Origin: Tahibacter sp.
GTDB taxonomy: Bacteria > Pseudomonadota > Gammaproteobacteria > Xanthomonadales > Rhodanobacteraceae
Direction of reading: 5' to 3'
Assembly (NCBI RefSeq): GCF_032229445.1
Contig: NZ_JAVTWC010000028.1
Location: forward strand, 31,149-95,148
DNA: 64,000 nucleotides
Shown in pieces: positions 7,084 to 17,471 of the stretch. Made by a program: the position numbers and the translations under genes. The notes under the pieces are model-generated. The model did not search any database and had not been told where the DNA came from. It saw only the letters and a program-made list of their open reading frames with translations. Positions within the stretch are counted from its first letter, which is position 1, and the number at the start of each line of letters is the position of its first letter.

Positions 7084-8915
7084 GCGCCCTTGGTCTTGGC
7101 GATCCACTCGTCGACGGTGCGCTCCAGCAGCACCATCGGCAATGCACCGGTCTTGAGCACCACGTTGTGGAACTGGCGGATATCGAACTTGTCGCCGAGC
7201 TCCTTCTTCGCCTTTTCGCGCAGCTCCAGGATCTTGATCATGCCGACCTTGTAGCCCAGCGCCTGGCCCGGCGCGACGAAGTAGCGCTCGATCTCGGCGA
7301 CGACGTCGGTTTCGACCATGCCCGTGTTGTCGAGCATGTACTGCACGGCCTGCTCGCGCGTCCACTTCTTCGAGTGGATGCCGGTGTCCACGACCAGGCG
7401 CACCGCGCGCATCATCTCGTCGCGCAGGCGGCCGAGGTTGTCCAGCGGCGCGTTCTGGAAGCCGAGTTCCCAGGCCAGGCGTTCCGTATACAGCGCCCAG
7501 CCTTCCGAGAACGCGGTGAACGGCAGTATGCGGCGGAAGAACGGCACGCCCTTGAGTTCCTGCTGGATCGCGATCTGGAAGTGATGGCCCGGAATCGCTT
7601 CGTGGTAGGCCAGCGTCCGCATCGTGAACTTCGGCAGCTCCGCCACGTTGCGCAGGTTGGCGTAGAACACGCCCGGCCGCGAACCGTCGAACGCGCCTGG
7701 CTGGTAATACGCGCCCGGCGCGGTGGCCTGGGCGAATTCCGGCACGGCCTCGACTTTCACGCCGAGCTTGGGACGGATGTCGAAGGCCGGACCGAGCTTG
7801 CCGTCGATGTCGTCGATGATGGCCTGGAAATGCGCCAGCAGCTCCTTCTTGCCTTCCGGCGTGTCCGCGAACAACTGGTCCGGACGTGCCGTCACCTGAC
7901 GCACGCGGTCACCGATGGTGCCGTCGACCAGGCCCTGGTCGCGCAGGATCGCGTCCATGTCGGTGCTGATGCGCGCGACTTCCGCCAGGCCTATCGTATG
8001 GATCTGGTCGGCGGTCATTTCGGTCGTGGTGTGGTTGCGCACGCACCAGGCGTAGTAGGCATCGCCGTTGGGCAGATGCCAGGCGCCGTAGTTGCCGTCG
8101 GCCTTGCCGCGCAGGCCTTCCTCGTAGGCGATCAGCTTCTGGTAGGACGGATATACGCTGTCCTTGACTGCCGCCTCGACGCGGGCGAGCAGGTCGTCGC
8201 GCGTGGCCTGGTCCATGTCGCCCGCGGGGATCTTGTCGAGCTTTTCCTTGAACGTCGTGTACAACGTGTTTTCGCGCGGCGGCATGGCCATGAAGCCCTG
8301 CATCTGCGTGATGACCTTGTCCACTGTGAACCGCGGCGGCCAGATGCCCTTGCTTTCGTACAGGCGCAGGTATTCCAGGGTCTGGTCGAACTTGAGCGGG
8401 AACTTGCCGAGGCGCTTGATGTAGTCCTCGGCCTCACCCTTGCTCGCAACCGGGTGCTGCTGGGCCATGAAGTCCGGCAGCGCACTCTGGATGCCGAACA
8501 TCTGGTTGACCGGATAGCCGTAGCCGCGGAACTTGTCGCCCTCGACCTGGATGCGCAGGAAGTACTCGAGCACGTCGTAGGAAAGCTTGCCGTCGACATC
8601 GAGCGCGCTGCGGTCGTAGCTCAGCAGCATGTCGTGGCTTTCCTTGAGAATCTGGACCTGGCGCTCCTCCTCGGCCGGCGACGCATCGGCGAAATCGTCG
8701 CTGTAGAAATCCATCCACTGCGGCAGGATGCGCATGCTGGACAGCATTTCCGGATTGCTGACCGCGAACTTGGCGAAGACGCGGGTATAGAACCAGTCCA
8801 GTTTGGCCGGCTTGAAATACCAGACATGGACGAACAGCAGGCCAATGCCCACGACCAGGATCAACAACAGGCTAATCAGCCATTTCAACAGGCGCTTCAT
8901 GGAATTCCCCGACAA
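7080..8915 (-). CDS. DUF885-family protein (putative metallopeptidase-like), membrane/signal anchored
   Basis: 611 aa. N-terminal hydrophobic anchor LLKWLISLLLILVVGIGLLF. Hallmark YHEAIPGHHFQ motif. Confidence 0.8.
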   Translation of the reverse strand: MSGNSMKRLLKWLISLLLILVVGIGLLFVHVWYFKPAKLDWFYTRVFAKFAVSNPEMLSSMRILPQWMDFYSDDFADASPAEEERQVQILKESHDMLLSYDRSALDVDGKLSYDVLEYFLRIQVEGDKFRGYGYPVNQMFGIQSALPDFMAQQHPVASKGEAEDYIKRLGKFPLKFDQTLEYLRLYESKGIWPPRFTVDKVITQMQGFMAMPPRENTLYTTFKEKLDKIPAGDMDQATRDDLLARVEAAVKDSVYPSYQKLIAYEEGLRGKADGNYGAWHLPNGDAYYAWCVRNHTTTEMTADQIHTIGLAEVARISTDMDAILRDQGLVDGTIGDRVRQVTARPDQLFADTPEGKKELLAHFQAIIDDIDGKLGPAFDIRPKLGVKVEAVPEFAQATAPGAYYQPGAFDGSRPGVFYANLRNVAELPKFTMRTLAYHEAIPGHHFQIAIQQELKGVPFFRRILPFTAFSEGWALYTERLAWELGFQNAPLDNLGRLRDEMMRAVRLVVDTGIHSKKWTREQAVQYMLDNTGMVETDVVAEIERYFVAPGQALGYKVGMIKILELREKAKKELGDKFDIRQFHNVVLKTGALPMVLLERTVDEWIAKTKGA

Positions 8916-9056
8916 CGGTAACGAACGACAGGCACGAACTGTCGCATGTTGCCGTACGCGCGTAGGTGCCGGAAGTCATGTCGGGCGGCACCAACGGCGT
9001 CCGCTGCAACACCGGCGGCCCTTATACTGCCGCGGCAGCGGCGCCAAGGAGAGCCC

Positions 9057-9908
9057 ATGAACTACCGGCATGCGTATCACGCAGGCAATTTCGCCGACGT
9101 GCTCAAACACAGCGTGCTGGTCGGCCTCATCGAAGCGCTCAAGCAGAAGCAGACGCCATTCTGCTACGTCGATACGCACGCGGGCCGCGGCCGCTACGAC
9201 CTGCACGGCGAGGAAGCCCGCAAGACCCGGGAATTCGCCGACGGTGTGCTGCGGCTGCTCGACGCGCCGCGACTGCCGGCCGCGCTGCATGTCTACCTGA
9301 ATCTCGTACGCGCACTCAACGGCAGCCGCCCCAGCCACGATATCGCGGTCTACCCGGGTTCGCCGCTACTGGCCAGCCTGCTGCTGCGCGACGAGGACCG
9401 GGCCCAGCTCTGCGAGCTGCAGCCCGACGAAGCCGCTGCACTGCGCGCATTATTCCGTTCCGACGCGCGCGTCGCGGTGCACGAGCGCGACGGCTACGAA
9501 GCGCTCAAGGCCCTGCTTCCGCCGAAGGAAAAGCGCGGCCTGGTCCTGATCGATCCGCCGTTCGAAGCGCAGGACGGCGAGTTCCGCATCATCGAGACCA
9601 CGCTGAGACAGGCGCAGGCGCGCTGGCCCAACGGCATCTACGCGGTCTGGTATCCGATCAAGCTGCGCCAGCAGCTGGCCAGCTTCCACCGCTGGCTCAA
9701 GGGCAGCGGCTTTCCGAAAGTCGTGATCGCCGAGCTGCTGGTCCATCCGGACAACTCGGCGCTGCGCCTCAACGGCAGCGGCATGGCCATCATCAATCCG
9801 CCGTGGAAATTCGACCGCCAGCTCGAGGAGCTGCTGCCGGTACTGGCGCAGCACCTCTCGCAGGGACGCTTCGGCCAGCATCGCGTGGAGTGGCTGGTGC
9901 AGGAATAG
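9057..9908 (+). CDS. rlmJ: 23S rRNA (adenine2030-N6)-methyltransferase
   Basis: 283 aa from ATG 9057, with AAGGAGAG just upstream. The N-terminus MNYRHAYHAGNFADVLKH is characteristic of RlmJ. A DPPF motif is present. Confidence 0.85.
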   Translation: MNYRHAYHAGNFADVLKHSVLVGLIEALKQKQTPFCYVDTHAGRGRYDLHGEEARKTREFADGVLRLLDAPRLPAALHVYLNLVRALNGSRPSHDIAVYPGSPLLASLLLRDEDRAQLCELQPDEAAALRALFRSDARVAVHERDGYEALKALLPPKEKRGLVLIDPPFEAQDGEFRIIETTLRQAQARWPNGIYAVWYPIKLRQQLASFHRWLKGSGFPKVVIAELLVHPDNSALRLNGSGMAIINPPWKFDRQLEELLPVLAQHLSQGRFGQHRVEWLVQE

Positions 9909-10036
9909 CCGCGTCAGGCGTCCGGACCTGTCCTCCCCCGGTGCGCCTGAACCCGGGCGCGCGCACGTGCGGCCGAGGCCGGCGCAGCCGACTCGCGCCA
10001 CGCCTATAATCGCGGCCCCCAGCCGAGGTTTGCCCC

Positions 10037-11071
10037 ATGTCCAAGATGATGAAAGCCCTGGTCAAGCGCGAAGCGGCCAAGGGCATCTGGATGGAAGAAG
10101 TGCCGATGCCCGAGATCGGCCCGAACGACGTCCTGGTCAAACTCGAGAAGACCGCGATCTGCGGCACCGACCTGCATATCTACAAGTGGGACGAGTGGTC
10201 GCAGCGCACGATCAAGCCGGGCCTGGTCATCGGCCACGAATTCGTCGGGCGCATCGTCGACATGGGCGCCGGCGTACGCGGCTACAACGTCGGGCAGCGC
10301 GTCTCGGCCGAAGGCCATATCGTCTGCGGCCACTGCCGCAACTGCCGCGCCGGACGCCAGCACCTCTGCCCCAATACCATCGGTATCGGCGTGACGCGCA
10401 ACGGCGCATTTGCCGAGTACATTTCCATGCCAGCGGCAAACCTCTGGCCGATTCCCGACCAGATTCCGTCCGAACTGGCCGCGTTCTTCGATCCCTACGG
10501 CAATGCCGCGCACTGCGCGCTGGAATTCGACGTGATCGGCGAGGACGTGCTGATCACCGGTGCCGGCCCCATCGGCATCATCGCCGCCGGCATCTGCAAG
10601 CATGTCGGCGCGCGCAATGTCGTCGTCACCGACGTCAACGACTACCGCCTAAAGCTCGCCGCGGAAATGGGCGCGACGCGCGTCGTCAACGTCTCCAAGC
10701 AGTCGCTCAACGACGTGGTCAAGGAACTCCACATCGAGGGCTTCGACGTCGGCCTGGAAATGAGCGGCAACCAGCGCGCATTCAACGACATGCTCGACTG
10801 CATGTACCACGGCGGCAAGATCGCCCTGCTCGGCATCCTGCCCAAGGGCGCGGGCATCGACTGGGACAAGGTCATCTTCAAGGGCCTCACGCTGCAGGGC
10901 ATCTACGGCCGGCGCATGTACGAGACCTGGTACAAGATGACCCAGATGGTGCTGACCGGCTTTCCGCTGGCCAAGGTGCTGACCCACCAGATTCACATCG
11001 ACGACTTCCAGCGCGGCTTCGACCTCATGGAAGTAGGCAACTGCGGCAAGGTCGTGTGCAGCTGGAACTAA
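10037..11071 (+). CDS. tdh: L-threonine 3-dehydrogenase
   Basis: 344 aa zinc-ADH fold with [24 protein letters not shown] and GAGPIGI. Full-length resemblance to Tdh. Confidence 0.95.
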   Translation: MSKMMKALVKREAAKGIWMEEVPMPEIGPNDVLVKLEKTAICGTDLHIYKWDEWSQRTIKPGLVIGHEFVGRIVDMGAGVRGYNVGQRVSAEGHIVCGHCRNCRAGRQHLCPNTIGIGVTRNGAFAEYISMPAANLWPIPDQIPSELAAFFDPYGNAAHCALEFDVIGEDVLITGAGPIGIIAAGICKHVGARNVVVTDVNDYRLKLAAEMGATRVVNVSKQSLNDVVKELHIEGFDVGLEMSGNQRAFNDMLDCMYHGGKIALLGILPKGAGIDWDKVIFKGLTLQGIYGRRMYETWYKMTQMVLTGFPLAKVLTHQIHIDDFQRGFDLMEVGNCGKVVCSWN

Positions 11072-11134
11072 GGAAGACCTGAACAAGTATCTACAGCGCG
11101 GCTCCTACGCCCAGCTGCTTATCCCCACAACCCC

Positions 11135-11184
11135 GCCAAACGCTTGCTGCGCAAGCATTTGGCCGCCCCCTTTACTCAAGGGGG
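11135..11184. terminator. Two adjacent hairpins downstream of tdh (possible terminator; no U-tract)
   Basis: GCCAAACGCTTGC-tgc-GCAAGCATTTGGC (12 of 13 stem positions paired) at 11135..11163, and CCCCCTT-tactc-AAGGGGG at 11166..11184. Confidence 0.4.
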
Positions 11185-11304
11185 CTCCAAAATCCAAAGC
11201 CAGATTCCGCCTTTTTCCAGAGGTTCTCTAATGCCTGCGAAAAAGCCGGCGAACCGTTGCGCGGGCGCCGGCGACCCTTCCCTGCCGCCTGCCTGCGCCG
11301 CCGC

Positions 11305-12813
11305 ATGAAACCGCAATGCCTTCTACAGCGTATCGCCGCGACCATGTTTGCGCTGGCCGCGGTGTCGTTGCACGCGGAAGAGTCGTTCGAGACCGAACCC
11401 ACCCTCGACGCTGCCGCGATCGTGCAGCCGTCGCTGCTGTCGGCACCCAACGCGACCGTCGCGCCGCAGGCGACCGTGCACGGCTACATGGCACGCTTCG
11501 CGCTGGATACGCCGTTCGGGCCGCTTGCGGCGGAGAGCGTGGAACTGCTCGCGATCCGTCAGGCGGAAATCCCCGCGATCGAAACCCTGGAGCGCGCCAG
11601 CCGCGGCGCGGCGTTCGCCCATGCGTTCGGCGAGAAATTCAGGAAGACCGGCAAATCGATCTGGCAGGTCGTGTCGCATCCGATCGGCACCGTGACCGGA
11701 CTGCCCGCCGGGGTCGCGCGGTATTTCCGTAAGCAGGTCGAGCGCTGGAGCGGCCGCGCGCAATCCGTCGGCGATCGGGCTGCGCGCGAGTTCGGTGCCG
11801 ACGGCGATCCGTTCCGCACGCCGCAGGCGCCGATGAGTGCCACGCGCGCGCCGCTGCCCGGCATCACGGCGCCCAAGCCCGACAAACCGTGGTACGGCAG
11901 CGTCGGCAAGGAGATCGGCCGCGAGGCGAAGCGCCAGCTCGACTACGGCAAGATGCGCCGCGAGATGGCGCGGCACCTCGGCGTCGATCCGAGTTCGAGC
12001 AACCCGCTGCTGCGCGAGCGTCTCGACACGCTGGCCTGGGCCGCGGTCGTCGGCAACTTCAGCGGCGGTGCCGCGCTCGACGCGGTCGGCGGCACCGCGG
12101 CCGAAGTGATGTCCGTCGGCGGCCAGCTCAACGCGCTGGTCTGGGAGCTCGACGAGGACAACCTGCGCGAGCGCAACCGGCAGCGCCTGGCGCGCTGGTG
12201 CAGCGACGAATTCGCGCTGCGCCAGTTCCTGCGTCGCGGTGGTTTCAACGACAGCCTGCGCACGGCGCTGGCCGACGAACTCGACGCGCTCAAGCCGGCG
12301 CGCGGCTGCAATGATCTGATCGAGATCGGCGCCGGCACGCGCTCGGAACTCGAAGCGCGCTATCTCGTCAATGCGCTGCGCCTGATGCGCCGCGGCGCGG
12401 CGCAAGGCAGCGAGATACGCCGCGGCGCGGCCGACGGCGGCGGGCAGCGCCACGAGTCGGCTCATCGCGGCGAACTGTTCGTGGTCGGCGCGGCGCTGGC
12501 CTGGCGCGGCGACGACGGCCACCTGCTGCTGCCGCTACCGTTGGACTGGCTGAGCTGGACCGCCGACATGGGTGAGTTCTTCGCCGCGCCGCAGTTCCGC
12601 GTGGAAGACAAGACCGTGCTGGTCGGCGGCGAGGCCTCGACCGCCGCGCAGCGCGCCCTCGCCGCGCGCGGCTGGCATCTGCATCTGCGCTCGCCCTATG
12701 CCGGCGCCCCGGACTATGCCGACGACCTGTCGCAGGGCCTGCCGCAGGCGGCTCCGTCACCGGCGCAGCCGCTGTGCATCGGCGACGTCGCCGAGACCGC
12801 CGCCTGCCTGTAG
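11305..12813 (+). CDS. Hypothetical secreted protein (about 502 aa), no family recognised
   Basis: Internal ATG 11305 gives the signal-peptide-like N-terminus MKPQCLLQRIAATMFALAAVSLHAEE. Composition is protein-like throughout. No motifs recognised. Confidence 0.6.
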   Translation: MKPQCLLQRIAATMFALAAVSLHAEESFETEPTLDAAAIVQPSLLSAPNATVAPQATVHGYMARFALDTPFGPLAAESVELLAIRQAEIPAIETLERASRGAAFAHAFGEKFRKTGKSIWQVVSHPIGTVTGLPAGVARYFRKQVERWSGRAQSVGDRAAREFGADGDPFRTPQAPMSATRAPLPGITAPKPDKPWYGSVGKEIGREAKRQLDYGKMRREMARHLGVDPSSSNPLLRERLDTLAWAAVVGNFSGGAALDAVGGTAAEVMSVGGQLNALVWELDEDNLRERNRQRLARWCSDEFALRQFLRRGGFNDSLRTALADELDALKPARGCNDLIEIGAGTRSELEARYLVNALRLMRRGAAQGSEIRRGAADGGGQRHESAHRGELFVVGAALAWRGDDGHLLLPLPLDWLSWTADMGEFFAAPQFRVEDKTVLVGGEASTAAQRALAARGWHLHLRSPYAGAPDYADDLSQGLPQAAPSPAQPLCIGDVAETAACL

Positions 12814-12962
12814 GAAACGCAGCTGCCCTGCGCAGCACTGCGCATATCACGACGCGGCCGGCACCAAATGCATCAAAAGCAACAAATTCACCGGCGCGCG
12901 CGAAAGCCGACGTGCCGTGAGCCGCTCACATCGGCGCCGTGGTGTCGGGCCCAGCCGCCGGA

Positions 12963-13805
12963 TCAGCGTGCAACCGCCTCCGGCGTTCGCGCGGCGGCCT
13001 CCGCCGCGGCTCGCGCCGTGTCGCAAATGGGCGAGTCCGGCAGGATCTGCCAGCTGCGCCGGATGGTCCGATCGCCGTACTTGCCCTCGCCGTGCCACAG
13101 CGTCTGCAGCGGAATCAGCAGGCCCTGCCAGCGCAGCGGCTCGATGTGGTTCGCGGCGTTGCCCGGCGTGACGGAAAGATCGCGACCCAGTCGCGGCAAC
13201 CCCAGCGACTCACCGAAAGGCTCGTTGCCCAGGCGCCAGAGCGCATACGCGTACTCGTTCTCTTCGCCGGGTTCATAGCGCAGGCGAATGCACCAGTGGA
13301 TGTACTCCTGCCAGGCGGCGCCCGAACTGCCGCCGAACAGGTTCCAGCCGGGACCGTACTCGCGCACGGCGTGGAGCCTGCGCGCCAGCACATCGCCCTG
13401 GCGCACGAAGCGGCGCATCTGCGCATGCGTCGCCTCGCCGTCGCTCATGCCCAGGGCACCGGAATCCGCGAGGATGCCGGCCTGCAGTTGGCGATAGAAC
13501 TCGTCGCCCGGCTGCAGCGGCGGCCGGTGCGGCGCGCGTGGAACATTCGGCGCGACGATTACCAGTCCCTCGCGCAGCTGCTTGCGCGCATTCTCAAACG
13601 TCGCTGGCGCGACCGGCGGCGGCGGCGGCGACGCGACGCCTTCGCGCGCGAACCATCGCGATGCACCGCTGTCCGCGACATACGTATAGACGGCGAGCAC
13701 ACCGACGACCGCGACGGGTATGCCGATGACGAGCGCCAACAGCGCGAGCACACGCTTCGCACTGACTGCGCGGGAAAGCCGGCTATCGGGACTGGAGTCG
13801 GGCAT
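12963..13805 (-). CDS. Hypothetical membrane-anchored protein (about 280 aa)
   Basis: From ATG 13805 (MPDSSPDSRLS...) there is a single TM helix (VLALLALVIGIPVAVVGVLAVYTYV), then a proline-rich linker and a W/Y-rich soluble domain. No family recognised. Confidence 0.55.
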   Translation of the reverse strand: MPDSSPDSRLSRAVSAKRVLALLALVIGIPVAVVGVLAVYTYVADSGASRWFAREGVASPPPPPVAPATFENARKQLREGLVIVAPNVPRAPHRPPLQPGDEFYRQLQAGILADSGALGMSDGEATHAQMRRFVRQGDVLARRLHAVREYGPGWNLFGGSSGAAWQEYIHWCIRLRYEPGEENEYAYALWRLGNEPFGESLGLPRLGRDLSVTPGNAANHIEPLRWQGLLIPLQTLWHGEGKYGDRTIRRSWQILPDSPICDTARAAAEAAARTPEAVAR

Positions 13806-13970
13806 GGCGGTGAACTTCCCCTGTCGTTCGTTACGCAAGCGCGTCTGCGCGGCGCGCCGCACGCTAGCGCATTTCCGGTACGCCGCGCGCATCGGCCGAC
13901 AAAAATTTCGCGTGTAAGGTTTTTCGCCGCGGCCGGACTACAGACATAACGACCATGCCGAGGCGACCTG

Positions 13971-15395
13971 ATGCGCATATGGATTTTTCGGATTGGCCTG
14001 GCCGCCTTGCTCGGGATGCCTCTCGGCCTGGCGGCCGCACCAGCGTGGCAAACCTGTCACCTGCCCGGCGAGCGCGACGCCCTGCACTGCGCCGCGATTG
14101 CCGTGCCGCGTGACTACGCCGACGCCAGCCGCGGCAGCTTCGACATCCATGTCGCCGTTGCCCGCTCGATCCGCACGCGCGCCGAGGCGGATCCGCTGTT
14201 CGTGCTCGCCGGCGGTCCCGGCCAGGCCGGCAGCGATATCGTGTTTCTGCTCGACACCGCACTGGCCAAGGTGCGCGCGAGTCGCGACATCGTGTTCATC
14301 GACCAGCGCGGCACCGGACGCTCGGGCCGGCTCGGCTGCGCCGACGACGCCGATGCACTCACCCTCCGCGACAGCGAGCTGCAGGCGTCCACGCTGGCCT
14401 GCCTGAAAGGCTTCGGCCCGGATCTGCTGCTGCATACCACCGCAGCCGCGGTCGAGGACCTGGAGCGCGTGCGCCTATCGCTCGGCTACGCACGGATCAA
14501 CCTCTGGGGCGCCTCGTACGGTTCGCGCCTGGCCCAGGCCTATGCGCAGCGTTATCCGACGACCGTGCGCAGCCTGATACTGGACGGTGTCGTGGATGCC
14601 GATCTGATCATCGGTGCCGAGAGCTACCAGTTCCAGGCCGCGCTCGACGCTGTGTTGCAGCGCTGTACGGACGATGCCGATTGTGGGCGCGCGTTTCCGG
14701 CATTGCGCACGCAACTGCGTGACGTGCTGCAGCGACTCGATGCCGACGCCGCAGCGACCACGCTCGCGCACCCACGCAGCGGCCAGCCCGCCCACGTGCG
14801 GATTTCGCGCCAGCGCCTGCTGCAGACGATCCGCCATCTGCTGTATTCGACGCGCGGTGCCGCACAGCTGCCGTACCTGATCGCCCGCGCCGACGCCGGA
14901 GACTGGCGCCCGCTGCTGGCGATCCAGGCGAGCAGCATCGACCTGGCCGCAGCGCAGCCGGCGGCTGGCGTATTGCTGGCGATTGCCTGCCGCGAGGACT
15001 GGCCGCGCCTGACCGCAGCTCAGCGCGCCCGCGAAGCCCAGGCCGGCGTGTTCGGCGCGGCCGGGCTGGCGTCGCTCGACGAGCTTTGCGGCGCACTGGC
15101 GCTGCCGCCATTGCCACCGTCATCGGTACAGACACTCACGCCGCCCGCACTGCTGCTGTCCGGCGCACTGGACCCGGTCACGCCGCCGGTACGAGCGGAC
15201 CGCGCGCTGCGCACTTTGCCGCAGGGCCAGCACGTCGTCGCGGCGCACGCCGGACATGTGATATCCGGCCTGGGCTGCGCGCCCGCGCTGCTGCGGCGCT
15301 TCCTCGATGCACCGCTGCGGACTATCGATGCCACCTGCCTCGGCGAGATCGTCTTGCCGGCATTCCAGACCAGCGCGGCGGGAGCGTCGCCATGA
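13971..15395 (+). CDS. Secreted alpha/beta hydrolase (S33, TAP-like/prolyl or tripeptidyl aminopeptidase-like)
   Basis: 474 aa with signal peptide MRIWIFRIGLAALLGMPLGLAAAPA. Features include the oxyanion region LAGGPGQAG, the nucleophile elbow GASYGS, and the C-terminal LLLSGALDPVTPP. Confidence 0.8.
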   Translation: MRIWIFRIGLAALLGMPLGLAAAPAWQTCHLPGERDALHCAAIAVPRDYADASRGSFDIHVAVARSIRTRAEADPLFVLAGGPGQAGSDIVFLLDTALAKVRASRDIVFIDQRGTGRSGRLGCADDADALTLRDSELQASTLACLKGFGPDLLLHTTAAAVEDLERVRLSLGYARINLWGASYGSRLAQAYAQRYPTTVRSLILDGVVDADLIIGAESYQFQAALDAVLQRCTDDADCGRAFPALRTQLRDVLQRLDADAAATTLAHPRSGQPAHVRISRQRLLQTIRHLLYSTRGAAQLPYLIARADAGDWRPLLAIQASSIDLAAAQPAAGVLLAIACREDWPRLTAAQRAREAQAGVFGAAGLASLDELCGALALPPLPPSSVQTLTPPALLLSGALDPVTPPVRADRALRTLPQGQHVVAAHAGHVISGLGCAPALLRRFLDAPLRTIDATCLGEIVLPAFQTSAAGASP

Positions 15396-15558
15396 GGCGC
15401 CGTCGCACCGCCGCCCGGCCGATCTGCGCAACGCCGGCCGGAAGGTCTGCAGGGTCATGCCACACGCCTTGCCGCAGCCCGCGACGGGTAGCGCTCGGCG
15501 GCTTCGCCTCACGAATGCGTGCCTGTCGCCCGGCAGCGCGGCGCACCAGGAATCGCCC

Positions 15559-16293
15559 ATGCTGACCTTTGACAACGTATACAAATCGTTCGGCGCGGTA
15601 AAGGCACTGGACGGCCTGGAGTTCGTCGCGCATGACGGCCGCATCACGGGATTGCTCGGGCCCAACGGCGCCGGCAAGACAACCGCGCTGCGGATCCTGT
15701 TCGGCCTGCTCAACGCCGACCGCGGACGGGCCCTGATCGACGCGACCGATCCCGCCCGCGAACCGCTCGCGGCGCGGCGACGCCTGGGAATCGTCACCGA
15801 CCGGGTCGGGCTATACCCGCGTCTGACCACCCGCGAACACCTGGCCTATTTCGGCCGCCTGCATGGCATGGACACGACCGCCATCGCGGATGCGACGCAG
15901 GAAATCGCCGCGCTGATCGGGCTGGACGACATCATCGACCGGCGGACCGCCGGCTTTTCTCAGGGCCAGCGCATGAAGGTCGCGCTGGCGCGCGCGCTGC
16001 TGCACCGGCCAGGCAACCTGCTGCTGGACGAACCCGGCCGCGGCCTGGACGTGACCAGCACTCGCGCGTTGCGCACGGCACTGCTGCGCCTGCGCGACGA
16101 GGGCTGCTGCATCGTGCTAGCCAGTCACGTCATGCAGGAAGTCGACCTGATCTGCGACGACGTGGTCGTCGTCGCGCGGGGCCGCAGCGTGGCCTGCGGC
16201 AGCAGCGCCGAACTCTGCGCCCGCACCGGCACCCATCAACTGGAAGACGCTTTCGTGGCGCTGACCGGCATCGAAGAAGGAATCGCCGCATGA
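15559..16293 (+). CDS. ABC transporter ATP-binding protein (ABC-2/NatA-like)
   Basis: 244 aa from ATG 15559 (MLTFDNVYKSFG). Walker [10 protein letters not shown], signature FSQGQRMK, Walker B LLLDEP. Confidence 0.9.
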   Translation: MLTFDNVYKSFGAVKALDGLEFVAHDGRITGLLGPNGAGKTTALRILFGLLNADRGRALIDATDPAREPLAARRRLGIVTDRVGLYPRLTTREHLAYFGRLHGMDTTAIADATQEIAALIGLDDIIDRRTAGFSQGQRMKVALARALLHRPGNLLLDEPGRGLDVTSTRALRTALLRLRDEGCCIVLASHVMQEVDLICDDVVVVARGRSVACGSSAELCARTGTHQLEDAFVALTGIEEGIAA

Positions 16294-17471
16294 ATCGCCA
16301 TTGGTGGATCGTCCTGCACAAGGAGCTGCGCGACGCGCTGCGCGACCGGCGCTCGCTGCGAACGCTGGCGCTCATGACCCTGCTCTATCCGCTGCTGATG
16401 TGGGCCGCGCTGAACAACACCATCGAGCGCAAGGCGCGCAGCGAGAACGAGCAAATCCGCATCGCCGTCAGCGGCGCGGCGCAGGCGCCGCAGCTTCTCG
16501 CGCGTCTGGAACAGGCCGGCGTCACGGTGGACACCGTCGACGCCAGCGACGAGGCGGCACTGCAGCAGGCCGTCTCCGCCGGCCGTCACGCGGCGATCGT
16601 CCGCCTGCCCGCGGATTTCGCCGCGCGCTATGCGGCACAGGAGCCGGCTCGCCTGGAACTCTGGCACGACAGCGTCAGCGCCAGGCCGGCGCAACTGGAA
16701 ACCGTCAACGCTGTGCTGCACGCCTATGGCCGCGAGACGAGCGCGGCGCGCCTGACCAGCCATGGGCTGTCGCTGGTGCACTTGAGCCCCGTCCTCGTCG
16801 AGCGTTTCGATATCGCCACGCCGGCGACCCGCGCCGGCCGCCATATCGCCGTGCTGTTCGGCATCTTCTTGCTCGCCGTCTTCTACTTCGGCATGGACAT
16901 CGCGATCGACAGCAGCGCTGGCGAGCGCGAACGCCGTTCGCTGGAAATCCTGCTCGCCCAGCCGATACGCGGCGTGGATCTGATCGTCGGCAAATGGCTT
17001 GCCGCCGCCGTATTCTGTGCCGCGGGCCTCGCGCTGGAATTCATCGCCGGGCATTTCATGCTGCAGACGCTGCCGCTGGAGAACATCGGACTGGCTTGGC
17101 AGGTGGATGCGCTGGATCTCACGCTGCTGTATTTCATCGCCCTGCCGCTATGCCTGCTGGCGCCGGCGCTGCAAATCGCCATCGCGCTGAATTCGCGCTC
17201 GTTCAAGGAAGCACAGTCGTCGATGATGCTGGTGCTGGTCGTCGCATTGGTCCCCGCGTTCGTGCCGGCCCTGGAGCTGGAGCCGCAGGCCTGGTGGTAC
17301 CGCGTTCCGCTACTCGCGGAGCAGACCCTGCTGCTCGACATGGCCCGCGACGGTGCAGTCGGTACGGCCAACGCGGCGACTGCCATGGGTGTCGCGCTCG
17401 CGCTCGCAGCGGCGTGCATCGCGTTTGCCGCGCACCGCCTGACGAGCGAACGCTACGTGATCAATGTATGA
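16290..17471 (+). CDS. ABC-2 type transporter permease (NatB-like)
   Basis: 393 aa. ATGA overlap with the ATPase gene. An N-terminal TM helix and a large extracytoplasmic loop are followed by about 5 C-terminal TM helices. Confidence 0.75.
   Translation: MNRHWWIVLHKELRDALRDRRSLRTLALMTLLYPLLMWAALNNTIERKARSENEQIRIAVSGAAQAPQLLARLEQAGVTVDTVDASDEAALQQAVSAGRHAAIVRLPADFAARYAAQEPARLELWHDSVSARPAQLETVNAVLHAYGRETSAARLTSHGLSLVHLSPVLVERFDIATPATRAGRHIAVLFGIFLLAVFYFGMDIAIDSSAGERERRSLEILLAQPIRGVDLIVGKWLAAAVFCAAGLALEFIAGHFMLQTLPLENIGLAWQVDALDLTLLYFIALPLCLLAPALQIAIALNSRSFKEAQSSMMLVLVVALVPAFVPALELEPQAWWYRVPLLAEQTLLLDMARDGAVGTANAATAMGVALALAAACIAFAAHRLTSERYVINV

Noticed and set aside
6183-8921. 912-aa plus-strand ORF, the longest in the window
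   Set aside because: It is antisense to the DUF885/GNAT genes. The translation is extremely Arg/Ala/Gly-rich with no motifs. The minus-strand translation carries the HEAIPGHH and GNAT motifs. This is the typical high-GC shadow ORF.
8946-9056. N-terminal extensions offered by the ORF track for rlmJ, and similarly for kbl, rpoN, kdsD, kdsC, purM, hprK, ptsI and MBOAT among others
   Set aside because: The extensions are Arg/Pro/Ala-rich and not protein-like. Internal ATG/GTG starts coincide with family-typical N-termini and usually with a GGAG-type RBS or with stop/start coupling.
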